Assembly (NCBI GenBank): GCA_900550495.1
Contig: URSJ01000003.1
Location: forward strand, 18,227 to 82,226
From: an uncultured Rickettsiales bacterium
GTDB lineage: Bacteria; Pseudomonadota; Alphaproteobacteria; Rs-D84
Direction of reading: 5' to 3'
Length of the DNA: 64,000 nucleotides
Positions 1 through 9,049 of this stretch are shown in pieces (position 1 is the stretch's first letter; each line of letters begins with the position of its first letter). The translations under genes were made by a program, and so were the position numbers. The notes under the pieces are model-generated. The model was not told the origin of the DNA, made no database searches, and worked only from the letters and a program-made list of their open reading frames with translations.

Positions 1-1
1 C

Positions 2-1210
2 GCCGCCCGGATTTATATACGTGAAAATGCAACGCAATTACCGTATAACGAAACAGTTATATCGGGTGATAAATTTGCCGACGTGTTGGAATCATATGGT
101 TTGCCGCTGGGGTTTGTTCCGCGCACCGCGTTAGGCCAGGATATTGCCTTGGTTATAAATCGTGATACAGAATCTGTATCGGCGTATCTGCGTATAACAG
201 GTGGCGATTTATCCGATGTGCAAATGGCGGAAATGGTTCGTCGAATTGGCTTTTATGCAGGCAGTGCTGATGGCGCTTTGCTGGTTGGAATTGCACTGGA
301 CGATGCGTATTCCGATGTTGTGCGCCGTAATGATACAGATTTGGATTCGGGCGCGTTTTTATCAGACTTGGATATGGGGGGGCATAATTTGAATAATGCG
401 TCTGATGTGCATATGCAAACTGGTGAATTTGAAACGGGTGAATTTACATCGCTGAGCCTGTTCGGCGTGGAAAGTGGGCGCAAGGTAAAAAATACAATCA
501 AAGAAATTACGGCCGACCGCGCAATATTCCAGAGCAGTGATGGCGCGTCCGCCCTGTCGGTAACCAAGGGCGAATTAAATCTGGCGTCATTGGATGCAAA
601 AACAATTTCGGCATTTGGTGATACGGGGAATTTTACAGCAACGTCTGGGGCAGTATATGATTTTGCAATGACGGCAGGGCGCACGGGATTTACTGGGCCG
701 GCAAATTGGAACGTTCGTGGCAATGTTGTTACCAGCAAGATAAATTTTTCGGTGGAACGTTTAGAAATAAACTCGTTCTTGAATGCGTCCCGCGGCCAGG
801 ACGTTTATATCAATTCTGATTCATTAGAATATTCTGCAAACAGTGGCATCAGCGTTGCAACCATTTCGGCGTCAAATATAACAATGCGTGACCAGACGTC
901 TGACGCTTTATCGCGTGGCGAAACGGGTGACGTGGTGCTTGATATTCGACCGGCCGGGACATCAATATTACCAGATGTTTTAATTACGGGAATTGATAAC
1001 AGTGCTGTTGACATTATCAGCAATCCCAGTGCTGATGATGGCGATATGGTCGCGTGCAAGAATATTATTGACCGATTAGATGGCGTTTATAACCAGAAGT
1101 CGTTGGCCCAGTATATAATATGCCAGTATTATTTTTGGCAGCGTCTGGAACAGCGTATTGATATAAAACAATGTTTGTTAAACGGTGGGGGTAATTGTGA
1201 ACGGAACTAG
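2..1210 (+). CDS. Giant pilin-like/fibre-like paralogue 1, 5'-partial (continues upstream of window)
   Basis: The frame of ORF 83..1210 has no in-frame stop back to nt 2. The protein is Asn/Thr/Gly/Val-rich. Motif LDMGGHNLNN (nt 368-397) is shared with the next two ORFs. Confidence 0.6.
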   Translation, partial: AARIYIRENATQLPYNETVISGDKFADVLESYGLPLGFVPRTALGQDIALVINRDTESVSAYLRITGGDLSDVQMAEMVRRIGFYAGSADGALLVGIALDDAYSDVVRRNDTDLDSGAFLSDLDMGGHNLNNASDVHMQTGEFETGEFTSLSLFGVESGRKVKNTIKEITADRAIFQSSDGASALSVTKGELNLASLDAKTISAFGDTGNFTATSGAVYDFAMTAGRTGFTGPANWNVRGNVVTSKINFSVERLEINSFLNASRGQDVYINSDSLEYSANSGISVATISASNITMRDQTSDALSRGETGDVVLDIRPAGTSILPDVLITGIDNSAVDIISNPSADDGDMVACKNIIDRLDGVYNQKSLAQYIICQYYFWQRLEQRIDIKQCLLNGGGNCERN

Positions 1211-2396
1211 GATTTTTTCCGACAGCGCACGTGGTACCAGCATGACCGAGGTTATATTGGCCATGGCGATTGTTGCGATTGTGACGCCGTTTCTGTATAC
1301 ACAAATCAACGACGCTACCGACAATGTTCGTGATATGGCCACGGCACGTGATATCATTGCGTTGCGTGGGAACGTGCTGAATTATGTTCGCACGAACCAA
1401 GACAAATGGCCAGATGTTGCGCAAATTAAACTGGCCGATGATGAACTGGCAGAAATATCAGAATCAGCAGCGACAGGATTTATTGATAAATATGCTGTAA
1501 ATGGCGCAACGGTTACAGATGTTTATTTGGCATTTGATACAGATTTAGATATGTTGCGCACAACGCGTATCGCGCGCCACATTGGCATGGATGCGGCTGT
1601 TGTGTCTGATGATGGGGTGGCGTATGGTGCGTCGTGGGCGGTTTCTGCACCGGATTTTCGTTCTGGGCAATTGATTTATCGGGTGACGCGTGATGTCGCC
1701 GGAATTGATACATCAAAATATTTGCACAGGACATCATCAGATGACGAAGGTCTAAATGTTATGCAACGTGATTTGAATATGGGCACAAATGGGCTGTTTA
1801 ACATTGGGGCGGCGATTGCAAAGTCTGCGCGGATAAAAAATGTGGCGGCAATATTTGCCGATGCTCATGAAATATCTGCTAATACAATATATTTTCCAAT
1901 GGGCTCGAATATGGACGCGGCTGATGTGAATATTGGTGCAATGCGTGTCACGGGCGACGTTACCGGATTTCGTAATATCACAGCCGACAATATGAATGGC
2001 ACGTCATATACAACGCGTGGGCGTATTGTAACTGATCGCGCGTCGGTTACAGGCTCGGTCAATGTGGCCAAGGATTTTGTCCTGAAATCAGATTCAACCC
2101 GCACGGTCAGTGGTTTTGCCGGAATATCTGCAAATACTGTTCGGACCCCATACGTATCCGCCACAGAAATGACGTTTTTTGAAAATTTTGGTTTAACGGT
2201 GTCGGGCGAATTGCTGATGTCAACGACCGCGCCACTGAAAATCGGGAATTGGACATTTCCATCAACGGTCCCGCCCCAGTTCAGCACATTGACATTTGAA
2301 CGTGCAATAATTCCTGCCGCCCCGGTGCGCAGTGCGTTTGGTGTGCTGATGCAATCTGGGTGGAAATCGGCCATGCCAAAGGATGTGCAACCATGA
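1185..2396 (+). CDS. Giant pilin-like paralogue 2 (degenerate prepilin-type N-terminus)
   Basis: The N-terminus ..SARG/TSMTEVILAMAIVAIVTPFLY has a Gly, a Glu at +5 and a long hydrophobic helix. It carries motif LNMGTNGLFN. Internal ATG 1242 would remove the leader. The stop overlaps the next start (ATGA at 2393-2396). Confidence 0.6.
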   Translation: MGVIVNGTRIFSDSARGTSMTEVILAMAIVAIVTPFLYTQINDATDNVRDMATARDIIALRGNVLNYVRTNQDKWPDVAQIKLADDELAEISESAATGFIDKYAVNGATVTDVYLAFDTDLDMLRTTRIARHIGMDAAVVSDDGVAYGASWAVSAPDFRSGQLIYRVTRDVAGIDTSKYLHRTSSDDEGLNVMQRDLNMGTNGLFNIGAAIAKSARIKNVAAIFADAHEISANTIYFPMGSNMDAADVNIGAMRVTGDVTGFRNITADNMNGTSYTTRGRIVTDRASVTGSVNVAKDFVLKSDSTRTVSGFAGISANTVRTPYVSATEMTFFENFGLTVSGELLMSTTAPLKIGNWTFPSTVPPQFSTLTFERAIIPAAPVRSAFGVLMQSGWKSAMPKDVQP

Positions 2397-3697
2397 TGAA
2401 ATCAAAACGTATTTTTTTGATTGCGCCCCAGCGTGGCGGCATGCTGATGGAATTATTGCTGACGGTTGCACTGGCCGCGATGATAATCCCGTTCTTGTTC
2501 CGATACCAGGCCCGCGCGACGGCGCGCGCCGAAAATATCGTCATTGCGCGCGAAATGGAAAATATACAGACGGCACTGGAACGTTACATCGTCGCCAAAC
2601 GTGAGGATTTATTACGTCCTGTGGGCAAGAATATCACGCGCGTCGAATTGTCTGATTTATACGATTTTGGTTTGAATACAAATCTGGCCGACACAAAGCG
2701 TCAATATCAATTGCGCATTTTAAAGACCGCGCAACGTGGTGGTAAATCAACGTTACAGGGTGTCATTGTCATGTCTGACGCCGATATGACCCCAATGCGT
2801 ACACGCGAAATTGTGTCAACCGGCGCGGGCCAGATTGGGTTTGTTGATAACGCGCGCACATACGGTGCATTTAATTCGTTCCGTACGGATAATATTGATT
2901 TGGGGATTACTGCATCAAGTGGTATTGTTGCCACGACCCCAGTTAACCGTGATAATGCACTATATTTGTGGCGCGTGCCATCAAATGATGCGCGGGATGC
3001 AACGATGCAGGCGGGATTAAACCTGGGGGGGCACGATGTCAAAAACACGACGTTCTTTGATGCCACAAATGCGACAATGAATTCGGGGCTGACAATCGGG
3101 CGTGCGGTTACAACTAATCTGGTATTTCAAACGCGACCAACAATTGACGGGGTGTTCGATGTCAAAAACGCAACGGTCATGGGCACGATGTCATCTGATG
3201 CGCGGTCAATGCAAGTGTCGGGTGGGCTGAAATTATCTGATGTTGGCAAGTTTTCTTTGTTTACGGTAAACGATCTGTGGGTGACGAATTTGACGTTGTC
3301 AGGTCTGTCTATCGGTGGCAGCAGAAAAGCCGCCGTCTTGCATGTAAATGATTCCGTTGATATGACTGGTGGGCGTATTAATGCGATATACGTAACGGTT
3401 GGATTTGCCGGGTCAATAACGCCGCGCCTGGTGGTCAGCAAACGTATCCAGGATTCGGTAAATTCAGATTATTATTGGGATGCGAGTGGTAACACAGCGC
3501 ATTTTATGGACGCAATACTGAAAAATTTGAACGATATGGCAGGGTATGCTGCGCGTGATACGCGTGGCAGCACGGTTTCATACCAACTGTTTGCACCAAT
3601 TGCGACAAACAAAAATGCAACGGTTTCGGATTACCTTAACGCGTTGCGTGAAATCCAGACGCGCGTCACTGCGAAATATAGCCAGTTGAATTTGTAA
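2393..3697 (+). CDS. Giant pilin-like paralogue 3 (degenerate prepilin-type N-terminus)
   Basis: MMKSKRIFLIAPQRGG/MLMELLLTVALAAMIIPFLF has a basic leader, Gly, Glu at about +5 and a hydrophobic helix. It carries motif LNLGGHDVKN. Start set at ATG 2393 (ATGA overlap) rather than track start 2360. Confidence 0.6.
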   Translation: MMKSKRIFLIAPQRGGMLMELLLTVALAAMIIPFLFRYQARATARAENIVIAREMENIQTALERYIVAKREDLLRPVGKNITRVELSDLYDFGLNTNLADTKRQYQLRILKTAQRGGKSTLQGVIVMSDADMTPMRTREIVSTGAGQIGFVDNARTYGAFNSFRTDNIDLGITASSGIVATTPVNRDNALYLWRVPSNDARDATMQAGLNLGGHDVKNTTFFDATNATMNSGLTIGRAVTTNLVFQTRPTIDGVFDVKNATVMGTMSSDARSMQVSGGLKLSDVGKFSLFTVNDLWVTNLTLSGLSIGGSRKAAVLHVNDSVDMTGGRINAIYVTVGFAGSITPRLVVSKRIQDSVNSDYYWDASGNTAHFMDAILKNLNDMAGYAARDTRGSTVSYQLFAPIATNKNATVSDYLNALREIQTRVTAKYSQLNL

Positions 3698-3719
3698 TAA
3701 TTTGTGGTATAAAAAAATC

Positions 3720-4235
3720 ATGAAAATAAAATGCGAATTTTGCAAGACAGAATATTCCGGGCAATTTCCCGCGGCCGTGCCGGTAAAGTGCGCGGTCTGT
3801 GGACATACGTGGGTGCCGCCACGGGCAAACCGGCGTGGGCCGCTGATGGTGTTGTTGGCGTCGTTGTGTGCACTTTTGTCGGCGATTGTGTTCACTATTG
3901 CCGTTGTCGCACGTCACCAGATTGATGCGGCGTCAACGGGGCCGTTGGTTGCACGCGCGACGGCTGTGCGAACTGTTTTAGACGAGGCAGGTAACACTCG
4001 TTTGACAGTTGATGGTATTGTTGAAAATGTATCTGGTGAAATTTACGGTGTTCCAGATTTGATTGTTGTTGCATATGACGCACATGACAATGTTATCGCA
4101 CAACAGAAATTTATGCCGACGGCAACGCTGTTAGATGCGGGCGGACACAGTCAATTTTCGTATACAATGTCAATATCACCAATGGGTGTGCGACGCGTGT
4201 CGGTGCGTTTGGCCACAGGGGGGACAGTAAAATGA
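3720..4235 (+). CDS. ZitP-like zinc-finger membrane protein (MJ0042-type zinc ribbon + TM + DUF3426-like domain)
   Basis: MKIKCEFCKTEY..VKCAVCGHTW gives CxxC-x15-CxxC. A TM segment follows (LMVLLASLCALLSAIVFTIAVV), then a C-terminal beta-rich domain with the DUF3426-like pattern (LTVDGIVENVSG..PDLIVVAYD..LDAGGHSQF). ATG 3720 preferred over TTG 3702. Confidence 0.7.
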   Translation: MKIKCEFCKTEYSGQFPAAVPVKCAVCGHTWVPPRANRRGPLMVLLASLCALLSAIVFTIAVVARHQIDAASTGPLVARATAVRTVLDEAGNTRLTVDGIVENVSGEIYGVPDLIVVAYDAHDNVIAQQKFMPTATLLDAGGHSQFSYTMSISPMGVRRVSVRLATGGTVK

Positions 4236-4696
4236 AAAAAATAATATCAGCAATATTTGCGATGTTTTTGTCGGCGCAGTGCATTGCCGGTGATGCACCC
4301 GTTGTTAAACGAGTCAGTATTTTTTCAACCAGCACAGATTGGCAGGCGGTAACAGGTTTGGACCTGAATCAATACACAGCGACATTTCGTCCTGATTCAA
4401 GATTGATTGGTCGTCAGGGATTGATTTTATATTACTTGGACGCATTTCCGTGTTATGGCCTGGCGTATGGGGTCCGTGTGTGGTTGGGGCCAAACGGTAA
4501 AAATGATGGCGCGTTACAAATCGCATGTGTTGCCGCACCGACCGAAATTCATTTTGCGTATCGCAATGCCACCCGTGACGCAGACCAGGCAACGACCACA
4601 GGAATATTGACGTGTCCGGTAGCCGGTCGCACGCGTGAACTGACAATTGATTTGTCGCGTTGCACCGTTGGACCCGATTGGCCAGAATATAAATAG
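4232..4696 (+). CDS. Secreted protein of unknown function
   Basis: Signal peptide MKKIISAIFAMFLSAQCIAG. ATGA overlap with the preceding gene (4232-4235). The antisense ORF 4314..4781 has no such features. Confidence 0.6.
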   Translation: MKKIISAIFAMFLSAQCIAGDAPVVKRVSIFSTSTDWQAVTGLDLNQYTATFRPDSRLIGRQGLILYYLDAFPCYGLAYGVRVWLGPNGKNDGALQIACVAAPTEIHFAYRNATRDADQATTTGILTCPVAGRTRELTIDLSRCTVGPDWPEYK

Positions 4697-4704
4697 GTGT
4701 TTTT

Positions 4705-5664
4705 ATGAACGAAATTCGCGAATTTATCACAGATGATGCTGCCGCTGGCGTGCGCCTGGACAAATTTCTAGCGGATAACATGTCCGACTTTTCTCGCAGC
4801 GAGATTCAGCGTTTCCCAATAACCTTGAATGGGACGTCTGCGCGTATGGCAACACGTCTGCGTTCTGGGGACAAAATCACAGTTGAAATTCCTGCACCCA
4901 AGACAGATGTTGCCGCCGAAAACATATCGTCTGATTTTGATTTGGATATTTTATACGAAGATGATGATATTATTGTTATCAATAAACCGCGTGGCGTGGT
5001 GATGTATCCGTCGGCTGGAAACAAGACAAAGACACTGGTTCAGAATATTTTGGCGCACTGTAATTTGTCGCTGTTGGGTGGCGCGACGCGTCCGGGGGTT
5101 GTGCATCGTCTGGACAAGGATACCAGTGGCGTTATGGTCTTTGCCAAATCTGACGCGGCATTTCGTGGGTTGGTAAAAATATTTTCCAGTCACGATTTAA
5201 TTCGTCGCTATGTTGCGTTTGTGTGGGGCGTGCCGAATTGGGACGGCGCAGACATAACGGGAAATATTGCCCGTTCGTCCCGTAATCGCCAGAAAATGAC
5301 CATGGTGAAATCTGGGGGAAAACCGGCCCATACCCAGGTGACTGTTATGTCGGTTTGGCCACGTGCAGGCTGTGCGGCGTTGCGTTGCAATTTGCTGACG
5401 GGGCGCACGCACCAGATACGCGTCCATCTGTCGTCGCATGGATTCCCGGTTTTGTGTGACCCGGTCTATGGTCGCGGGACAAATCGCCTGGCGTCGGTGC
5501 GCGATGGCGAATTGCTGGATTTCTTAAAGGCCCATAATGGTCAAATGTTGCATGCAGAATACCTGGAATTTGCCCATCCGGTAACAGGCATACGTATGCA
5601 TTTTAAATCGCGCCTGCCAAATGACATGAATGAATTGCGGTGTATTTTGGACGAAATTGGATAA
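4705..5664 (+). CDS. rluD: RluA-family 23S rRNA pseudouridine synthase (RluD-like), S4 domain at N-terminus
   Basis: Catalytic motif HRLDKDTSGVMVFAKS, plus ..TGRTHQIRVHL.. and an N-terminal S4-like RLDKFLA. Confidence 0.85.
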   Translation: MNEIREFITDDAAAGVRLDKFLADNMSDFSRSEIQRFPITLNGTSARMATRLRSGDKITVEIPAPKTDVAAENISSDFDLDILYEDDDIIVINKPRGVVMYPSAGNKTKTLVQNILAHCNLSLLGGATRPGVVHRLDKDTSGVMVFAKSDAAFRGLVKIFSSHDLIRRYVAFVWGVPNWDGADITGNIARSSRNRQKMTMVKSGGKPAHTQVTVMSVWPRAGCAALRCNLLTGRTHQIRVHLSSHGFPVLCDPVYGRGTNRLASVRDGELLDFLKAHNGQMLHAEYLEFAHPVTGIRMHFKSRLPNDMNELRCILDEIG

Positions 5665-5669
5665 ATTTT

Positions 5670-5694
5670 GGGGGCGCAGGCCCCCTTTTATTTT
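5670..5694 (+). terminator. Rho-independent terminator after rluD
   Basis: GGGGGC-GCAG-GCCCCC hairpin followed by TTTTATTTT. Confidence 0.8.
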
Positions 5695-5736
5695 GCCCAT
5701 GATTTCACAGATTTTTTCTTTATCAAACATATATTT

Positions 5737-5747
5737 TGTGATATAAT
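5737..5747 (+). promoter_or_regulatory. Extended -10 promoter element TGTGATATAAT
   Basis: TRTGnTATAAT match 27 nt upstream of ATG 5774. GGAG Shine-Dalgarno at 5762-5765. Confidence 0.5.
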
Positions 5748-5773
5748 AAACCATAAATAATGGAGTGGACAGG

Positions 5774-8700
5774 ATGAGTTTTCTGAATAAATCTATCAGT
5801 TTTGTTGCTGTTTTGGCATGCACATCTGCGGCTTTTGCGGTTACCGCACGCCCCAGTGTGATTGGCAATGCAATGCGTCGCATGCCGACGATGACGACAT
5901 CGGCGGGTGTGATTTCTGGCACAACGACGACAACGACATCCAATTTATTGGCAAATGCTGAATGTATTGACGCATACACCTCGTGCCTGAAAGGGGCAGA
6001 TGCGTGTGGCCCGAATTTCGAAGAATGCACAACACGCGTTTTGTTCCACGGCAAAATGCCACAATGTCTGTCCACATTGGCCCAGTGCAACACATCTGGG
6101 ATAAACAGTTTGTTCGGAACGTCCAGCACGACCGCATTGTCCAACGTCGCAACCAAGAATACGTATGGCGAGGTTACAGATTACACATACCCAACCGATG
6201 GCAGTGTCTTGGGCCAGTTGATTATCGGTGCGGCAATCTCTAATAAATATGACACATCGACTTGTGTAAAACGTTACACGTCTTGTTTAAAAAAGGACAA
6301 CGTTTGCGGTGCGGATTTTGAATTGTGCACAACGAACGCCGAATTCAGAAAGCAAATGGTGTATTGCGATTCTACATTGGCGCGGTGCCAATCAGATGGC
6401 AAGATTGAATTATTTGGTTCAACAAACACATCTGTATCGCCCAGCGCGACCAGCCGTATTGGCGAAATGATTTCCGAAGGGGCGTCCTTGGCGGCAATAA
6501 ATGCCGTATCCACTTGCTACAAGGTTGTTGACCAATGTATATTGAATGCATGTGCAGAAAATCCATATAAATGCTATGAAAACGCGTCAACCCAGACTGC
6601 CCAGTTGGTAACTGACATCAATTCCGGTAACGCCGATTCAACTGCGGGCGCGGCAATCACTGTTTCAGACAGTGTCAGCACATCTGCGATTGCGGCATAC
6701 ATCAAGAACTCTTGTATGGATACCATTGGTTCCAACAAATATTGCTATGCAACATTCTTGGGTAATGGCGCAATGCCAACGGCGTCCCAATTAAAGGACG
6801 AAGACAACCAAGAAGAAGTTTATGACGAGGCATATTCGTCCCGAATGAACAGCGCGATGAAGGCCAAAATTGCCGACCTGGTCGATAAATTTGATACCAA
6901 GGCCAAGGCAAAGTGCACCGACACAATCAAAACATGCGCAATGCGTGTTTGCGGTGGCGGTAATGGCGCAGCATGTTATTCCCAGGTATTTGGTGCAACT
7001 GACAAATCAATCAACAACGCGGTCAGCTATCAGGAAATCAAGACTGGATGCGCAGCGGTTGTGAATACTGATTTGTTTTGTAAATATTCGGCAATGAATC
7101 CGAATGCAACAGGGTCATACTCTTATTCATATATAAACAATGATGCATTTGACACATTGTTCCCTGAATACCAGGCTGGTGCCGCCGACCCAATCGGCGT
7201 TATCGCGACATTGAACGCATCATTAGCGAATTCTTACAGTGATGCTGCTATCGCCCAGATGAAAAAACAGTGTCAGGCTGTCGCAACCAGTTGCGTAAAA
7301 TCCATGTGCGGCACCGATTATGTAAATTGTTACCGCAACAGAACAGATATTTATTCCAATCTGACCAGCACGGGCGACAGTTCATTTGATAAATCAATGA
7401 ACAAGGTTGGTGGTGTTCTGGATTACACAATTGTGTTAGGACTGTGTATGGATACGGTTAAAAACGCATCTGTATGCGAACAGCATTTGGCAATTGAACA
7501 AAATAAATTGAAAATCGCAGGTAAATCAAATACAGGTGCGTGGGGCGATGCCACCAGTGTGCGCAGTGGTTGGATTGATGCCGGCGGTGCAACCGCGGTA
7601 ACGGCGGATACTGAAACTGTTCAGGCATACGATGAAAACGGTAATGCGTTGTGTAGTGCCAAAAATGGCGACCAGGGCACATGTAACACTGTTGACGATA
7701 ATGGCAACGTGTTTGATACGCCGGTTATGATTTCTTACACAACATATCTGCAGTCCCAGGCGGCAACATCATTGTTCAAAGATTTAATCTATGACATTGA
7801 AAAAGAAGCCCAGGCGAAATATAACGCCAAGTTGACCAAGGAACAGAATATGTGCATGTCCAGTAATGCTGGCGGTGTATTGGGTAATCGTGATACAGGC
7901 AGCACATATATGTGGGCAAAACTGAAATCAAACAAAGTTCCAAAGAACTATGCGGTCAATGGATTAAAGCCCAGCCAGTTCGCGGCCAGCAATGATTTGT
8001 ATGGTTCGTTCTGCCGTGTGCGTGTGACCTTGCAATCTGATGACAAACGTATCCAGGATACAATTAGAAAAGGCACAGATTGGTCTGTTGCATACTTTGC
8101 CGTCGGTGACAGTTTTACCTGTGGCAGTTGGATACCCCGCGATGCATTGGAAAAGATTGCCAATGCGGTCGCAGATAATGCAACCGCAGACAAGGCCGCA
8201 TCTCAATCCAGAACGCGTGGTTGGTTGACGGCGTTGGGCGTGCTTGGGTTCGGTGCTGGTGGCGCAGTCTTGGGCAGCAATATTCAAAGTGGTAAAGCCT
8301 TGGGTAGTCTGACAGGATTGAACAGTAACAAGGATACAAACACAGAAAGATTTATCAAAATCTGTGAAGACAGAGCCAAAACTGCTATGACTTCGGGCAT
8401 CAGCAAAGATGCACAAATTACTGCGGCTAACGAGGCAATAGTCGCAGCCAGCAGATTGGATTTAGATACCACTGATGCAGCAAGTCGTGTTGACGCACTT
8501 AGTAAAAAAACAAGTAGTTACGATAAAGAATCTTCCGCTTTAAGCACGGCCATGAGAAATCTGTCTTTATCGTGCAGTAAAAAAGACAGCGACGATAACA
8601 ATGATAACGAAAAGAAAAACAATACATTGTTGGGCACATCCATTGGCACAGTTGTGAGCAGTGTTGCCGGTGGTATCTTGATTAATAAATTGGTCGGCGA

Positions 8701-8842
8701 TATCCAGAAAACTAGCCTGGATTCTGCACAAAAGGCTGCATACGAAGAATGGATGAATAACGTCGGTCGTCATATTTCCTGCTATGTCGGTGGTGACGAG
8801 GCCGGTGAATACGGTGACATAATTACCACCAGCATTGAATAA
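5774..8842 (+). CDS. Giant secreted Cys-rich (CX6C-module) protein with two C-terminal Gly-rich hydrophobic segments
   Basis: Signal peptide MSFLNKSISFVAVLACTSAAFA. Many C-x6-C-x3-5-C modules. A ~52-aa module is duplicated exactly 100 aa apart (nt 5963-6418). Hydrophobic segments at ~8219-8285 and ~8628-8699. Confidence 0.75.
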   Translation: MSFLNKSISFVAVLACTSAAFAVTARPSVIGNAMRRMPTMTTSAGVISGTTTTTTSNLLANAECIDAYTSCLKGADACGPNFEECTTRVLFHGKMPQCLSTLAQCNTSGINSLFGTSSTTALSNVATKNTYGEVTDYTYPTDGSVLGQLIIGAAISNKYDTSTCVKRYTSCLKKDNVCGADFELCTTNAEFRKQMVYCDSTLARCQSDGKIELFGSTNTSVSPSATSRIGEMISEGASLAAINAVSTCYKVVDQCILNACAENPYKCYENASTQTAQLVTDINSGNADSTAGAAITVSDSVSTSAIAAYIKNSCMDTIGSNKYCYATFLGNGAMPTASQLKDEDNQEEVYDEAYSSRMNSAMKAKIADLVDKFDTKAKAKCTDTIKTCAMRVCGGGNGAACYSQVFGATDKSINNAVSYQEIKTGCAAVVNTDLFCKYSAMNPNATGSYSYSYINNDAFDTLFPEYQAGAADPIGVIATLNASLANSYSDAAIAQMKKQCQAVATSCVKSMCGTDYVNCYRNRTDIYSNLTSTGDSSFDKSMNKVGGVLDYTIVLGLCMDTVKNASVCEQHLAIEQNKLKIAGKSNTGAWGDATSVRSGWIDAGGATAVTADTETVQAYDENGNALCSAKNGDQGTCNTVDDNGNVFDTPVMISYTTYLQSQAATSLFKDLIYDIEKEAQAKYNAKLTKEQNMCMSSNAGGVLGNRDTGSTYMWAKLKSNKVPKNYAVNGLKPSQFAASNDLYGSFCRVRVTLQSDDKRIQDTIRKGTDWSVAYFAVGDSFTCGSWIPRDALEKIANAVADNATADKAASQSRTRGWLTALGVLGFGAGGAVLGSNIQSGKALGSLTGLNSNKDTNTERFIKICEDRAKTAMTSGISKDAQITAANEAIVAASRLDLDTTDAASRVDALSKKTSSYDKESSALSTAMRNLSLSCSKKDSDDNNDNEKKNNTLLGTSIGTVVSSVAGGILINKLVGDIQKTSLDSAQKAAYEEWMNNVGRHISCYVGGDEAGEYGDIITTSIE

Positions 8843-8867
8843 AAAACGCCCCCCCGGGGCGTTTTTT
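8841..8867. terminator. Bidirectional rho-independent terminator
   Basis: AAAAAACGCCCC-CCC-GGGGCGTTTTTT. Confidence 0.8.
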
Positions 8868-8868
8868 A

Positions 8869-8950
8869 AGTGAGAGAGTGAGAGAGTGAGAAAGTGATAG
8901 AGTGATTCAGTGATTTAGTGATAGAGTGATAAAGTGACAGAGTGATATAG
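8869..8950 (+). repeat. Tandem octamer array (AGTGAnnn) x10
   Basis: Strict 8-bp period: agtgagag agtgagag agtgagaa agtgatag agtgattc agtgattt agtgatag agtgataa agtgacag agtgatat. Confidence 0.9.
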
Positions 8951-8964
8951 TTTTAGAATAAAAA

Positions 8965-9005
8965 ACTTAAAAACTTGTCATTCCTGCGCAGGCAGGAATA
9001 GGGTC
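8965..9005 (+). repeat. Left terminal inverted repeat of GIY-YIG cassette
   Basis: acttaaaaacttgtcattcctgcgcaggcaggaatagggtc is the reverse complement of 9419-9459 except for about one position. Confidence 0.85.
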
Positions 9006-9049
9006 TTTAAAACCTTGTGTTGTGGTGCACGTTTTTATATACTGACCTT

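Noticed and set aside
5524-6156. 210-aa minus-strand ORF spanning the rluD 3' end, a terminator, a promoter and the start of the giant Cys-rich gene.
   Set aside because: It crosses an obvious terminator and promoter region and overlaps two well-supported plus-strand genes.
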